Source: Schmidtea polychroa (Eukaryota). Taken from it: a DNA stretch of 64,000 bases. Location of the stretch: contig CM097885.1 in NCBI GenBank assembly GCA_044892525.1, positions 47,555,727 through 47,619,726 of the forward strand. The letters run 5' to 3'. The notes beneath the pieces are model-generated. The model searched no databases and was not told where the DNA came from. It saw nothing but the letters and a program-made list of their open reading frames with translations. The position numbers were made by a program, and so were the translations under genes. The first letter of the stretch is position 1, and each line of letters starts with the position of its first letter. Positions 1-14,689 of the stretch are shown piece after piece.

Positions 1-519
1 GACATATTTTATTTTTTTTAGTGTTTGTTATAATTTAATATGAATTGTAATTTTTGACATTTTTGTCACCTTTGTAATTTAGAAAAAACTATATAGCGAT
101 AATTTACAAAAGTAAATTATTGCTATGGAAAATGAAAAAAATGAAAAAATCAATCACAAAAAATGTTATGCAACTAATGCAATTAGGATAAATCTCAAGT
201 CCCAGAACGAAAACCTTTAGTTGAAGTTAACTATACAAATTGGAATAAATCTCATTAAATATCAAATCTCAGGTCCCAGAAAGAAAACATTTGGTTGAAG
301 CTGATTGTATAAATAAATTGGACGAAATTAATTAAGTTTTTTTTTTATTATTTTAATAATAAAAGTCAACTACATCCAACTTTATAAATTTGTACAATTG
401 TATACAAATCCCTGATTCGAGTTTCGATTCCCTGAACGAGTACGCAACTAATTCAATTGGAAATAAATCTCATTAAATCCCTAATCTCGAGTCTCGAAGT
501 TAATTGTACAAATAAATCG

Positions 520-904
520 AAAGAAATTATCAAAGGTCCTTGATGAAAAGGCACATGATGGAAAATACGAACTACTAATATAACCCAAACACCATCACGA
601 ATAATACACACACCATAAATTCAGTTATTAACCCCAGAACAAACATTCGAAACTATTTTAGCGATGAAAATGGGATGATTCATCGCCTTTGTTCTAGAAA
701 GGATGTGTCATTGGATGAGCCAGACGTCCTTGAGAATGTTCTTGAATGAGTCATACGTCCTTGAATGAGTCATCGGACGAGTCATTGTCTTTGTTTAAAT
801 GTCCTTGATGTGTCGTATGTCTTTGTTTAAAATTTGACCTTGAGAAATTTTTTTAATATTTTGCCCTGAGGGGTAGGGGTCTTTGTCTTCGCGGGCTCAC
901 ATCT
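520..904. mobile_element. Putative terminus of a Polinton-like element (homologous to 24020-24343)
   Basis: Shares TGAGTCA/TGACCTTGA repeats and the tract TTTAAAATTTGACCTTGA...CCC(T/C)GAGGGG with 24180-24343. Both end in CATCT (5'-AGATG on - strand) and then diverge. Confidence 0.45.
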
Positions 905-1162
905 GTTTGATCTAATATTTTATTAGTAAAATATGAAGGAAATATGAAGAGACTTAGAAATCTGATAAGCAATATCTGGTAAAAACTTTCAACGCATTTG
1001 ACAAATTTGTTTGGCAAAATTTTTCTCCACCTACAATAACAAGTTTATTGAATGTTCCGCTCTTTTTATACGCTGTAATCAATAATTATTCTTACATGGG
1101 AACCGAATTAATGAGTATCTTCAACTCCATTAATAATAATGCTAGTATATTTACATGTCATA

Positions 1163-2828
1163 TGGCCATGCCCTAGGAAAGGCGGGGCCAAAGGGGTCAC
1201 TGGCCTGGGCCCCAAATCTTCAGAATTTTATTTGAAGAAATTTTTTTGGAAACAAAAATTAATTTTTAAAAATTCAACAATTTGAAAATGGACTAATGAT
1301 ATAACTTCTTTGCTCTTATATATCAATCTAACATGTTTTTAAATAAATCAGATTGATCTACGATTAGGAAATCGTCATTTAAAATTGCTCGATCGTTATT
1401 AAAATCCACGAATAAGAGATTTTTAAAAATATTTTTAAAAATATCCGTTTATTAATGATATGATATTGGGGCCCCTAATTTAAACCCAACTAGCATGGAA
1501 TTCGAAAGAATATTTTAAATTTCATTAAAATTTCTCCACTAAAAAAATGAAATGAAACGGCTTGAAATATTTCGAAAATTTCTCATTAAAGTTTTAAAGT
1601 TAAAATTGTCGGTGTTAAACTGAATTAAAGTTTGTTTATATTGTTTGTGTTCTATTTGATAAAAATTAATTTCAATAAATTTTAATACTAAAAGAAGTGA
1701 ACAAAAGGTATGAAAATTTTTTTTCGATTGAAATATATCCCTTAATTTAATGAATATTTAATTTAGATGAAAAGACACAAGAGTGGAGCAGAAAAACGAA
1801 AAGACATTAAGAAGCGAAAAGTAGCTATCGATAAATCAGCGAAAATCACCTCATTTTTGAAGAGAGCAAGCCAAAACAATGAAGAAGATTCTTTTGAATC
1901 ATTAAACGCGTTAGTCAATGACGATACATTTGATACATTCGTTCAAGAACATGAAGAATACGTCGAGTGATTTAGATAATAATCATTATTTAGTTTCAAA
2001 AGTCGTTTTTGATATCGCTCTTCTTCAGTCAAACGATCCAAATATAAGAAAAACATTCTTGAATGCTGAGCGCATAATTCCTCAATCACTTCCAATCGAC
2101 ATCGAAAACAAAAATTTCCAATTCATATCTTTAATAAAACGCTTCAGAATGGAGAAAAGGCATCTCGGGATTGGATTTATTATAGAGTCGACAAAATCTA
2201 TTTACTGTGCTTGCTGCTTATTTGCAAATAAAATTAGCAAGTAATTTCACAAAAGATTGCAGCCGTGATAAAGGTTGGCGAAAATTAAAAGACAAAGTTC
2301 CTGCACATAAAAAATTAAAATTCTCATTTAAAGAATTATGTCAATTGGAAGAATGCTGTAGCTGCTGAGAAGAATGAAACACAAGTGGAATCATTGTTGA
2401 TGAGAAATATTCACGATGAAACAGAAAAATGGAAGAAAATATTGACACGCATACTGGATGTTATTTTATTTCTTGCTGAACGTGGACTTGCGTTTTTTGG
2501 AGATTCGTTTAAACTTGGAGATTCGTCAAATGGAAATTTTTTAGGAATAATCGAGCTCTTAAGCAAGTATGATGTGATTCTTAGCGAACATTTGACTAAA
2601 GTTAAAAATTCTCAAAAAGAAGGAAAGAGACTTCAAGTTCATTATCTTTCTAATGATATACAAAATGAGTTTATACAAATATGCGGAGATAGGGTTGAGA
2701 AAAAAATTCTATCGGAAATAAGAAATGCAAAATACTATTCCATAATTGCTGACAGCACTCCAGACAGCTCCCACAGTGAACAGTTTTCGATAGTCATACG
2801 TTATGTTGACCTGCAGTCAAATTCTTGA
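1163..2828 (+). mobile_element. Degenerate hAT (ZMYM1/Tip100-like, DUF4371) transposase fragment with GC-rich subterminal sequence
   Basis: Broken ORFs MKRHKSGAEKRK..., IYCACCLF, FLAERGLAFFG..SNGNFLGIIELLSKYD..YLSNDIQNEFI..YYSIIADSTPDSSHSEQFSIVIRYV (first catalytic D region). GGCCTGGGCCCC-type subterminal motif at ~1200. Confidence 0.8.
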
Positions 2829-3755
2829 TCCAAGAAAGATTTATTTTGCCTTCTGAATTAAGTAGTTCAAGAGTGATTTGTATATTTGTGTTGGTGGAGT
2901 TTGCATGTGATAAGATGTTGTTGAGAGGTACCGTGGAGACTATGAAAATGTCATCAATATATCATCAAAAGAAATTAATGGTTTAGTAACCTTTCGCCAA
3001 TTTTAGCCATTTTCTATATGAGCCATATATAATCCAATATTAGATCATCTTTTGGAGATAAAATCCTGGTTTGAAAAAGATATATTGATGATATTTTCAT
3101 AGTCTCCACAGTTACCTCTCAACATATTCTTATCACATGCAAACTCCAACAGTAGAAATATGAAATTCACACTTGAACTATCTAACTCAGAAGGAAAATT
3201 AGGAATAATCCTATTACAAATATGCGGAGATAGGGTTGAGAAAAAAATTCTATCGGAAATAAGAAATGCAAAATACTATTCCATAATTGCTGACAGCACT
3301 CCAGACAGCTCCCACAGTGAACAGTTTTCGATAGTCATACGTTATGTTGACCTGCAGTCAAATTCTTGATCCAAGAAAGATTTATTTTGCCTTCTGAATT
3401 AAGTAGTTCAAGAGTGATTTGTATATTTGTGTTGGTGGAGTTTGCATGTGATAAGATGTTGTTGAGAGGTACCGTGGAGACTATGAAAATGTCATCAATA
3501 TATCATCAAAAGAAATTAATGGTTTAGTAACCTTTCGCCAATTTTAGCCATTTTCTATATGAGCCATATATAATCCAATATTAGATCATCTTTTGGAGAT
3601 AAAATCCTGGTTTGAAAAAGATATATTGATGATATTTTCATAGTCTCCACAGTTACCTCTCAACATATTCTTATCACATGCAAACTCCAACAGTAGAAAT
3701 ATGAAATTCACACTTGAACTATCTAACTCAGAAGGAAAATTAGGAATAATCCTAT
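2674..3755. repeat. Direct tandem duplication, 541-bp unit (2674-3214, 3215-3755)
   Basis: Apparently identical copies at offset 541, with TACA microhomology at 2674, 3215 and 3756. Confidence 0.9.
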
Positions 3756-4399
3756 TACACACTGTTTAATTAAAAACAAACTGTTTTAATTAAAATATAC
3801 TGTTTAAATATTTAACCAAATTATTTATTTAAAATAAAAATGCCGCGAATCCAAAATATAACAAAACTTACGGAATTAATATACAACGATGAAGAGCTAA
3901 TTGCAACCAGATTTAAATCCGACAGTCTTTATGATGACTTGAAAAAATCCAAACTTGAAGTATTAGAATTTGTGGCTAGCTTAGGACTTATTAAAAATAC
4001 CATGGATTGTGAAATGTGCAATGCACACATGAAGTTAGTAAAAGCGAAAAGGCTAGTTGATGGTTATGTGTGGAGCTGCACACTCCCATGCCGAAAATCA
4101 ACTTCTGTGCGATTCGACTCAATATTTTTCGATAGCAAGTTACCGCTAAAAGATTTGTTGATGACTATATTTTTTTGGTCAAAAAATCAACAACAAGATG
4201 AAATTTCTAATGATTTGACTTTAAATAAAAATACATTGGTCGAAAAATGTAAAGATCTTCGTGAATTGTATTATATTTAGGTTATTACTTGTGTATTATA
4301 ATTTATAATTTGTATTATAATTTGCAATAAATATTAAAACAGTTTGTTTTAAATAAAACAGTTTGTTTTTAATTAAACAGTTTATAATAGGATTATGCC
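3743..4399 (+). mobile_element. Internally deleted Merlin (IS1016/ISXO2-like) DNA transposon; ORF 3840-4280 is the N-terminal Zn-ribbon part
   Basis: ~50-bp TIRs starting GG(A/C)ATAATCCTATTA and an 8-bp TSD GAAAATTA (3735-3742, 4400-4407). Protein has CEMC..DGYVWSC..C..SVRFDSIFFDSKLPL; no DDE domain. Confidence 0.85.
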
Positions 4400-5367
4400 G
4401 AAAATTATTTTAGAATACCTTTAGAAGGTCCAGACACACTTACTTTTAACACAGATTTTTTTACTAAAAGTCTACACAGTGGACTCATTCTCCCTCAAGA
4501 AAGTCACGTTCCACTCCAATGAAAAATCTTGCAATTAGTAGAAGAGAGAAAAGGAGCAATAAAAACTGTTCTGACTTAGCAAAAAAACAAGAAGCCTTTG
4601 AAAACTTCAAAACACGATTTTTAAAAAATAGATATCCAAAAGAATTCGTAGAAAAATACTTTTTAAATGAATATAGCTCCAATAGTCACAATACACAAAC
4701 AACAAACCAGTACTTAGAGGAATATACCTACGCCTCCCTTTCTTAAACAATAAGGCAGGTAATATAATCATTTCTTACATCCTAAATACGGATTTACGAG
4801 TACATATTCGCCAAACCTTCACCATCACTGCACCTTTGATATCACAACTTCGGAAATATCAAAAATATTTTACATCAGACCTGTTTTATTGAGAATGTAT
4901 ATGCCAATCCTTTACCAAATGTTTTTGCTTTTTAAAAAACTTTGTATATCAAATCACTTACACAAGATGCGACGCAACGTACTTAGGGGAAACAATTAGA
5001 ACATTCGGAAAAGGATTCGATGAACACATCAAAAACGAAACCAATAATTATCACGAACACTGCAAAAAAGTACACAAATCAGCACCACTCTTAGACGAAC
5101 CAAAATGCCAAATATGACAAGATGCGTTCAAAAATACATTGCAAAGATAAGTAACAGAAACATAAAGCCTCCATCAACATTAAATAAATTAAATTTCAAG
5201 GATATTTATTTAAAGATTTTGTAAAATTTAAATTAAAAATATCTTAAAACTTAATATTATTTAAAATTTAAAATTAAAATTAAAATTGACCAGAGGTATT
5301 ATTATAAAATACAAAATGAATTTATTTTATGGCTATATTTTTAAAAGTTAATAGATAATGATCAAAA

Positions 5368-5399
5368 TTACTTGAAAAAGCTGTGCCGAAAATTCGTGA
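5368..5399 (+). ncRNA. Degenerate minimal type I hammerhead motif in the Penelope pLTR
   Basis: TTAC-TTGAAAA-AGCTGTGCC-GAAA-ATTC-GTGA; homologous to the better copy at 10441. Confidence 0.45.
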
Positions 5400-5514
5400 A
5401 TATCAAAAAAAGCAGATATCTTTACCGACTCATAATCAATGTTTTAATAAATACAATGTCACTTGAAAATAAATAAGAGGTGAAAATTGAAAGAAATTTT
5501 TTAATACAATTATT

Positions 5515-6566
5515 TATAAATTAAATTAAATTTATTATTTATTAGAATTTAATTTTACCAAAAAATTATTCTCCAAATCAGTTTCTTTGAAAATATTCAT
5601 TTTTATTATTAAATTTATTTTTTGTATTTTTTATAAATATTTGTAAAATTTAAAAAGTCATTTGCATTCCAATACTAAAAATCCAGAAAAATATATAAAA
5701 CAATTAAAATAATTTTGTATTAAAAATAATTCAATTTTTTCAGATTAAATTTAATATTTAACACGCAAACAAATTAGGCATTAAGTGGGCCCCCTCATTT
5801 CAATGACAATAGTGATTAAAAACGATAAAAATACTTCCTGTATAAAACTCCAAAAATTATCAGTGAAACTAAAACATTTGGTTATTTTGTTCAATGAAAG
5901 ATTTATTGTGACGTTGATTCCGAATTTTGAAATACTTTTGTGGAGATTTTGTGGAAATTTTTGTGAGTTAAAACAATTTCCAAAGATGATTGGCTGTATG
6001 AAATGTCATGGGATGCCGCATCTTACCACGCCATAAGTGATTGGATAATTTTACGATTGCCGTATCAAATCAAATCACCTTCATTTGTATAAAAAGAGTC
6101 AGAAAATTAAAAAAAATTATTTAAAAAATTTTGAATTTTATAAGTATTAAAGTTTAATCGCTATACTTAAATGTTTCTTTACACCGTTGAATATGTTTCC
6201 TTTAAATAAATCATCAAAATTAATTTATTAGATCTCAAAATAAAATCAATTAATTACATTTATTTTCACGAATTTAGAATAAAGTTGTTAGACCTTCGAG
6301 TAAATTCGTTAAAATTAAAATGTATTTATTAGCTTTTGAAAACACTGAAAGCAATTGAATGATATTTTGAATTGAAATTATCAGCATTCAAGTGAATTGT
6401 TAAGAAAGTGGCTGTCATTAGACAAAAATACTGAGAAAAAAGTCAGAAATTGGCTGAATAATGTATAAAATTAGAGCTCGCAACAGAATTTATACAGGAT
6501 TGTATTTAATCTTTCAATATAATTGTCCAACCAAGAACCTAAAATACAAAAAAAAATAAAATAATC
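5515..6566 (+). repeat. ~1.05 kb repeat, inverted partner of 8368-9433; partial third copy at ~14690-15285 (-)
   Basis: Near-identical reverse-complement sequence; the same spurious ORF (..MIGCMKCHGMPH..) appears in all three copies. Confidence 0.9.
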
Positions 6567-6929
6567 GTCGTAAAAAGAAAAACTTGTAAAACTTTGAAAA
6601 TTTAGATAAATATTTCCGAATAATATTGTCATTAAATGTTGTTGGGTGTGTTGTAGTTGGTCGGTGATTATTAAACTGCCAATCGCTGATCTGACTCCGA
6701 GCGCGTTATTTAATAACGACTATTATTATTAGTTGAAGGAGAATTTCAATCTTGAGAAAGGTTATCAGGAATGTCTAATTTAGATTATCTCATTGCAAAA
6801 TAGAGCAAAATTGTAAATAATGAGCAAAATTTATTTTATATCATCTATAAAATCAAAATTTGGCCTAATCACATTTTCATAAAAAATATAAATCAAATTT
6901 CTCAATAAAATCATCTTTGAATAAAAAGA

Positions 6930-7379
6930 TCATTCTGAAACAGTTAGACATAAACTTTCTTTAGAAACTTCATCGACGACTGTATCAGTCTTTTTTATTC
7001 TGTTGAGTGCCGAAACGGTCCGCGGAACACATTTAAATCGGATCCCGTTCAAAATTGTGTAACGTTTACAAATCGTTGCTATTCTTATCGGGATGTCACT
7101 GTTATTCCCAATGACAATTTTATAATAATCAAAACACGAATTTACAGGAATATCATTCAAATGTACGTGAGAATTATTAAATTTTTCATAGTTAGTTTTG
7201 AGAGAAATTGCTTGATTGATGGACATGAGGAGATTTAGAAATTCTGAATGATTGATATCGTAATTATCCATGGAAACAACATGGAAATTTATCTAAAATA
7301 TATTCGGATCAACAAAATGTAAATAATTGCACGGATGTCAGTGACTTACAAGTAGGAATGCGAGCATAAATATCGCCAT
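6930..7379 (-). CDS. Small secreted Cys-containing protein (130 aa; exons 7379-7350, 7292-6930), possible divergent IL-17/cystine-knot-like
   Basis: Exon 1 MAIFMLAFLL, a GTAAGT..TTTTAG 57-nt phase-0 intron, then in-frame exon 2. Hydrophobic N-terminus; paralogous to 29443-29913. Confidence 0.7.
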
Positions 7380-8367
7380 AATCTAATGTAAATCTAGTTA
7401 AAACTTCATAATTTATACAGTTTTATTATACTATTTTTGTATCATTTTCATCAGATTACAATTGGTAATAAACATTGTGAATAATAATTTCATTTTTTAC
7501 TTCCGTGTTCTACAAAGGTTGGAATATGACTAAAACTTAATTTAAAAGTACAATATTTTCGGTATAATTAACCCTTTTATTATTTGATTATATTATTATA
7601 TGATATTAAACCTTAAAAAGTACGCCTTCGTGAATTCCCCAGTGTGACCAAATGGTATGATACCCTATGGACAGTTCTGGATTTGGCTCATGGCGTCCTG
7701 AGGGCAAAAATGTTATTGCGCCCCATCTCAAAAATTTTTTTTACATTTATTACAAATATACTTACTTTGAATATAATTATAATTTAAATTAAAAAATTTT
7801 ACAGAAATTTTTTTTCACAGTTTGAATAATTTTTTATTAAAGTTTGGCCAACACAGCAGACCATTATACATTGTTGAACGTCTGGAACAAAATTCGTGGC
7901 CATCAGTGCAGGCCTACCGTCTGCAAACGATTAAATTTGATTTATTCGTTCTAGCTAACTGAAATTGTGAAGAAGTTAACTGCTCAAATATTCTGTGGAA
8001 ATAAATCTTTAAAATTGTTGAGTTATATAAAAACATGAGAAGTCAGAAAAGAGGATTATCCCACCGAAATCATCCAAAAACTCAACAGACTTAATGAAAA
8101 TTCACATGTTCCATATATTAGCAATTTTTAATTAATAATAAAATTAATAATAAAATTAATAATAAAATTAATAATAAAATTAATTAATAATAACATTTAC
8201 TAATTTCCTAGGTTTACCTGAAATATTTAGAATATTCTAAATATTTATATCTGTCATTTCTGCTAAAGGCCTTTACAGTAATATTTACCTTGACAGTTTT
8301 CTCTGACATACCATTCAAACTAATAAAGCATAATAAAATTTATTTTGGTTCCTATATAAATTTTCAT

Positions 8368-9433
8368 GATTATTTTATTTTCTGTATTTTATGTTCTTGG
8401 TTGGACAATTATATTGAAAGATTAAATACAATCCTGTATAACTTCTGTTGCGAGCTCTAATTTTATACATTATTCAGCCAATTTCTGACATTTTTCTCAG
8501 TATTTTTGTCTAATGACAGCCACTTTCTTAACAATTCACTTGAATGCTGATAATTTCAATTCAAAATATCATTCAATTGCTTTCAGTGTTTTCAAAAGCT
8601 AATAAATACATTTTAATTTTAACGAATTTACTCGAAGGTCTAACAACTTTATTCTAAATTCGTGAAAATAAATGTAATTAATTGATTTTATTTTGAGATC
8701 TAATAAATTAATTTTGATGATTTATTTAAAGGAAACATATTCAACGGTGTAAAGAAACATTTAAGTATAGCGATTAAACTTTAATACTTATAAAATTCAA
8801 AATTTTTTAAATAATTTTTTTTAATTTTCTGACTCTTTTTATACAAATGAAGGTGATTTGATTTGATACGGCAATCGTAAAATTATCCAATCACTTATGG
8901 CGTGGTAAGATGCGGCATCCCATGACATTTCATACAGCCAATCATCTTTGGAAATTGTTTTAACTCACAAAAATTTCCACAAAATCTCCACAAAAGTATA
9001 TCGATATTCGGAATCAACATCACAATAAATCTTTCATTGAACAAAATAACCAAATGTTTTAGTTTCACTGATAATTTTTGGAGTTTTATACAGGAAGTAT
9101 TTTTATCGTTTTTAATCACTATTGTCATTGAAATGAGGGCCCCACTTAATGCTTAATTTGTTTGCGTGTTAGAGATTAAATTTAATCTGAAAATAATTGA
9201 ATTATTTTTAATACAAAATTATTTTCATTGTTTTTTGATATTTTGATATTTTTCTGGATTTTTAGTATTGGAATGTATTTTTTATAAATGATACAAATAT
9301 TTATAAAAAATACAAAAAATAAATTTATAATTAAAATTTAATGATGAAAATGAATATTTTCAAGGAAACTGATTTGGAAAAAAAAATTTTGGTAAAATTA
9401 AATTCTAACAAAAATTAAATTTAATCTATAAAT
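8368..9433 (-). repeat. Inverted partner of 5515-6566
   Basis: Reverse-complement match by eye. Confidence 0.9.
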
Positions 9434-10440
9434 TAATAGTTTTATTTTTAATACAAAATTACTTTCATTGTTTTATATTTTTTTCGGGATTTAAGTGTTT
9501 GAATACAAATGACTTATTAAATTTTAGAAAATATTTTTTGAAAATATTATGAAAATTGTTGAGTTGTTAATATGGCTCGGTAGGATATTTCTATTAATCG
9601 AACTCCACAATTTCAAAAACAATATAAAACTCAACACAGATAATATTTTTTTGAATCATAAATCACAATTTTTTCAATTTTTCCAGATAAAATTTCTGGA
9701 TGACCAAGTGACTAAGTGACCCTAAGGGAAACCGTTTAATTGGATATATATATAATCTAAAATTATAGAAACTTTTTTTTAATTCTTTCAATCCCTTTCT
9801 AAAGCTTAGGTTTTATTTTCAAAATAGTTTACTTTATTGGTTTCAATTTTCACGTAATTTTTTTACAACCTGAATGGATATTTTACTCGTCTATTTGTTC
9901 CTTATTTACTCTCTGTTCATCAATTATTAATAAATTTAATTTTTTGCCCTCATGGAACCGGAAAATCGGTAGTAAAATGAAATTAATTACATTTTATTTG
10001 ACAGTCTCGGGGATTACGTTCGTAATTTAATACATATTTGTTTTTCCAATTAAATAATTAATTAATTTGTAATTCCTAAATAATTTTGTTTAGGGACTTC
10101 CAATTACTTTGAAATTACTATATTTATATTCGCCCCGAAAAATATTAATTTTTAATTGTTTTCAATTTTTCATTAATTTTTTCACTTTAATTATTATTTT
10201 CCAACTTTGTTAAACAAATTTGCATACACAATTTTGTGAATTTAGGATTTAATTTACACCAATCCAGACAACCCAATACAAAATGAATAATTTCTGGGAA
10301 TTTTTTTCGGCAGATAATTTGTTCGTAAAATTAAAATTCTAATAAAATAATCTTAGATTAGGGAATTTAATTAATTTATGATTAAGGTAAATGGAATTAA
10401 GTTTCATTTGGTCACGTAAGACCAATTTATTTTAATTCAA

Positions 10441-10477
10441 ATTCACTTGAAAAAGGCAGTGCCGAAAATTCGTGAGT
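10441..10477 (+). ncRNA. Minimal type I hammerhead ribozyme variant (U3-A8) in a solo Penelope pLTR-like segment (~10430-10600)
   Basis: Helix I ATTCAC/GTGAGT, core TTGAAAA, helix II GGC-AGT-GCC, GAAA, palindromic AATT helix III, cleavage triplet UUC. Flanks are homologous to 5350-5530. Confidence 0.6.
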
Positions 10478-11808
10478 ACCAACAAACATCGATATATTAC
10501 TGATTTATAGTCTTCAAGCTCTCTTTTTAATAAATTCAATGGAAAAAATAATCAGTGGTGAAATTGGAAGAAAAAAAAGTTCTTATAATTTATTTTAAAC
10601 TAAGATTAATATTAGAAAATTTAATAATTTTATTTAATAATATTTTTAATAATTTTGCGCTGTACATAAATAGCCGCCACTAATTCTGAATCCCCCAGAC
10701 GCTTATTTATCCATAAAGTCATGTAATTTTGGGTGTAACAGTTGATTTAGTCTTTAAAGAATCACTTTTACTGATTATTAGATACTTCTTCTTCTTCGCA
10801 ACATCATTTATAATTTACAGGATAAAATTCAAACCATTTTTCATACCCATCCCAGCAATGTTTGTAATGCTGACTCCATTTTAGTCTTTTGACACTATAG
10901 TCATCAATTAACAACTGATACGTTTTTAGCACAAGTGTCATTCTTGCTGTCTTGATAATTCTGTGAACACTGATTGTTAGGATGATGTTTACTAAAGCTT
11001 TTTTGTAGATCACCACACCTCTCTAATCGCCTTTTTCATGTTTCAGCTTTTCTAATTAGTTTACCATTATAAAATTATCTTTTTATTAAATCATAGGCGA
11101 AATCTTTATTCACATGAAATGCATCACAATTATCATCCGCAAACTCATTTTTTAGGCTTGAATTTGTCAATTTTCATCAGAATTCTATTATAGTGCAACA
11201 ACAATACTTTTAAGATCATTTAACAGCGTCATCGTGACTAGGACACCGAAATCAAATAAACTCCACTTAAACATTTTATAGCTGCTATTAATAGGCCAAT
11301 TTACCACTTAATACAAAACAGATGAATTATCTGAATTAAGCTTTATGTAAATCGGTTTCTTGTGGAATGGAGGGCACACGTATATATATCTCAGAATTAT
11401 ACTTTTCAATTATAATTTTCTTTTTATATCCATTTTAATGATCTTTTAAATTATATAGTAATATAAAATATGTAAAACTTTTGTGAATCTCTCAATGTCA
11501 ATTGCATGTAAAATAATTTATATTATTTGATTCCAGTATTAGTCTGCCTGCCTCCTCTACAAACGCTTATCATATTTATATAATGAGTCGATTTTGATAT
11601 TATTTTTAGTACTTTTGGAATAACTTACATAAAATGAGAAATAAATTATCAAAATACAAAAATTGTGAATTTTTTTTTCTGGAAATATATCGATTTTTCT
11701 AAAAATCCGAATAAATATTAAAATTAATTTAATTAATTATAATATAAACCAATTGACACATCTATTTGAGAATTAATATAAAGTTAAATGAAACAGAAAA
11801 GTCTATAA

Positions 11809-12245
11809 CAGTGTTTTCCAAACTGTGTGCCGCGGCGGGTGCCCAGGTGTGCCGTGAAATTTTTTTTTAAAAAAAGTCAAAAAAACCCTGTTTTTCCAAA
11901 CAACTTAATAAAAGGAAATTGAATTGTGGATATTTTAACAGTTATTTCAAATTTAAATGTTAATCAGTCAATTAAGTGCGAAATTTACTTGTTTACAATC
12001 ATATTTATATTTCTTACTAGAAATATTGACTATCTAAAATACGTAAGCAGCTTAATTATGTTTATTTAGAATCTTAAATATTAAATAATAATATTTATTA
12101 GTTTATAAGTTTTTCATTTCTTATTAAAAGATTAGTAAAAGTTCAATAAAAATTGCAAATAAAGCAAAAAAAAAATTTAGGCGTGCTGCGAAAATTTTTA
12201 ATTCAGCCAAGTGTGCCGTGGCTCAAAAAAGTTTGGGCAACACTG
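11809..12245. mobile_element. hAT (Buster/Charlie-type) MITE
   Basis: TIRs CAGTGTTTTCCAAAC / GTTTGGGCAACACTG and a perfect 8-bp TSD GTCTATAA (NNNTANNN). Confidence 0.9.
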
Positions 12246-13011
12246 GTCTATAATAAAATTTAAACTAATTATATAGAACAAATTTCGTTTTAAATAAATA
12301 TTTAGTCATATGTAACTATTATTCGCAATGCTTATCAGCAACTTTAATGTGATGAAAATTATGTCAAAATAGTAAAATAAAAAAGATTAAATAATCAAGT
12401 TGATGACTACTTTTACATTGAATTATGGCGACATTGGGACATGTATTTACAGTTAAGATAAAGAACCATGGGATGGCAACACCAGGGATAATAAAATAGT
12501 CTCAACTATAAAAGTTAACAAAAATTAGCCATCATCATTGTTAGGGAAATTTAAATAATTAATTTATAAATAAAATATATATTGTATTATAAGTATCAAA
12601 TATTATTATATAGTAAAAGTATAATAAGTATAAATGCTGGCATGCATAATAACCATTATTATTAAATTAATTAATTCGCCATTTAAATCGGGTGTTTTAA
12701 TAATACCAGATTTAGGCAATAATTTGTATTTAAATATATTTGTAAATTATTAAGCGTTTATTATTAACAATCATCCTAAAAAAATAAATTTACCTTAAAG
12801 AGCAAATAAGCTTGATGTCTTCAAAATATGAACAAAAAGAAAACTAGAAAAATTTAACTTAACAAAAACTGAAATATTAGAACTCCAGAAGTAATGCAAT
12901 TATGAAGTAAAGATAAAGTTAGATTGTTCGAGCATAGGAAAGTTATGCCTACTGATTAAAGTAAAATTAAGTAGTTCTTAAAAAATAAGATGAAGGACGT
13001 TAGAAAACTCT

Positions 13012-14034
<1,023 letters not shown>

Positions 14035-14689
14035 CAAATTTACGATTTTCTGTTTTTGTATGTTTCCTTGCACTTCATCCCTTTCTGAACATAATCTGAT
14101 AAATCTATTCTTTACATGATCTTCTCCATCATCTCATTTGCATCTGATCCGTTTTTCAAATTTTAATTCGATCATTTGTTGATCTTTTAATTTTGAATTT
14201 TTCAATATTCATTTTTTAATTATATAATTTTAAATTTAACAACCTCAACATTCAGATTTTTAGTAAAAATTAAATATTTTCAATAAAATCTTTTGGCTAG
14301 TTTTTTTATATTTTAAATTTGATTGTTCCGTATACTATTACTATCCGTATACCTGGGAGGGGGTTGGTGGACAAATTTAGTTTATTAAATCAAGGTGATT
14401 TGCGATTCATTTAGTTCTCCTTTAATATATTATTATCTTTAATTATTCAGAACTTCTCCTAAATATTTAGTGAAAGTTATTGAAAGTTAATTATTCGCTC
14501 ACATTGTAAACGTTTCTTTGTAATTATTATAAAAATCCTGGAATAATTCGATCAAAAATACGTACTGTTCAGTCAGATACAAAATTTACTTGGTCTTTTG
14601 AACGCAATCTTTACTTCTTTCTACTTTCTTAATGATTTACAAGGAAAATTAAAGTGTACAAATTAAACTTTATTTTTAGTAAAATTCAA

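Larger units (their letters stand above)
3560..5530 (+). mobile_element. Degenerate Penelope-like retroelement (RT C-terminus, GIY-YIG endonuclease, pLTR), split by a Merlin insertion; 5' part also duplicated at ~3020-3200
   Basis: RYIDDIFIV (RT catalytic motif), NMKFTLELSNSEGKL, FTKSLHSGLILPQESHVP, FLKNRYPKEFVEK, and VYQITYTRCDATYLGETIRTFGKGFDEH (GIY-YIG, ~4940-5030). Confidence 0.8.

Noticed and set aside
5785..6036. Repeated ORF ending ..CMKCHGMPH (apparent CxxCH heme motif)
   Set aside because: Lies in a dispersed repeat with variable non-ATG starts; the motif is most likely chance.
10620..11270. Decayed coding-like segment on the - strand (ORF 10804-11016)
   Set aside because: Broken frames and no recognisable family.
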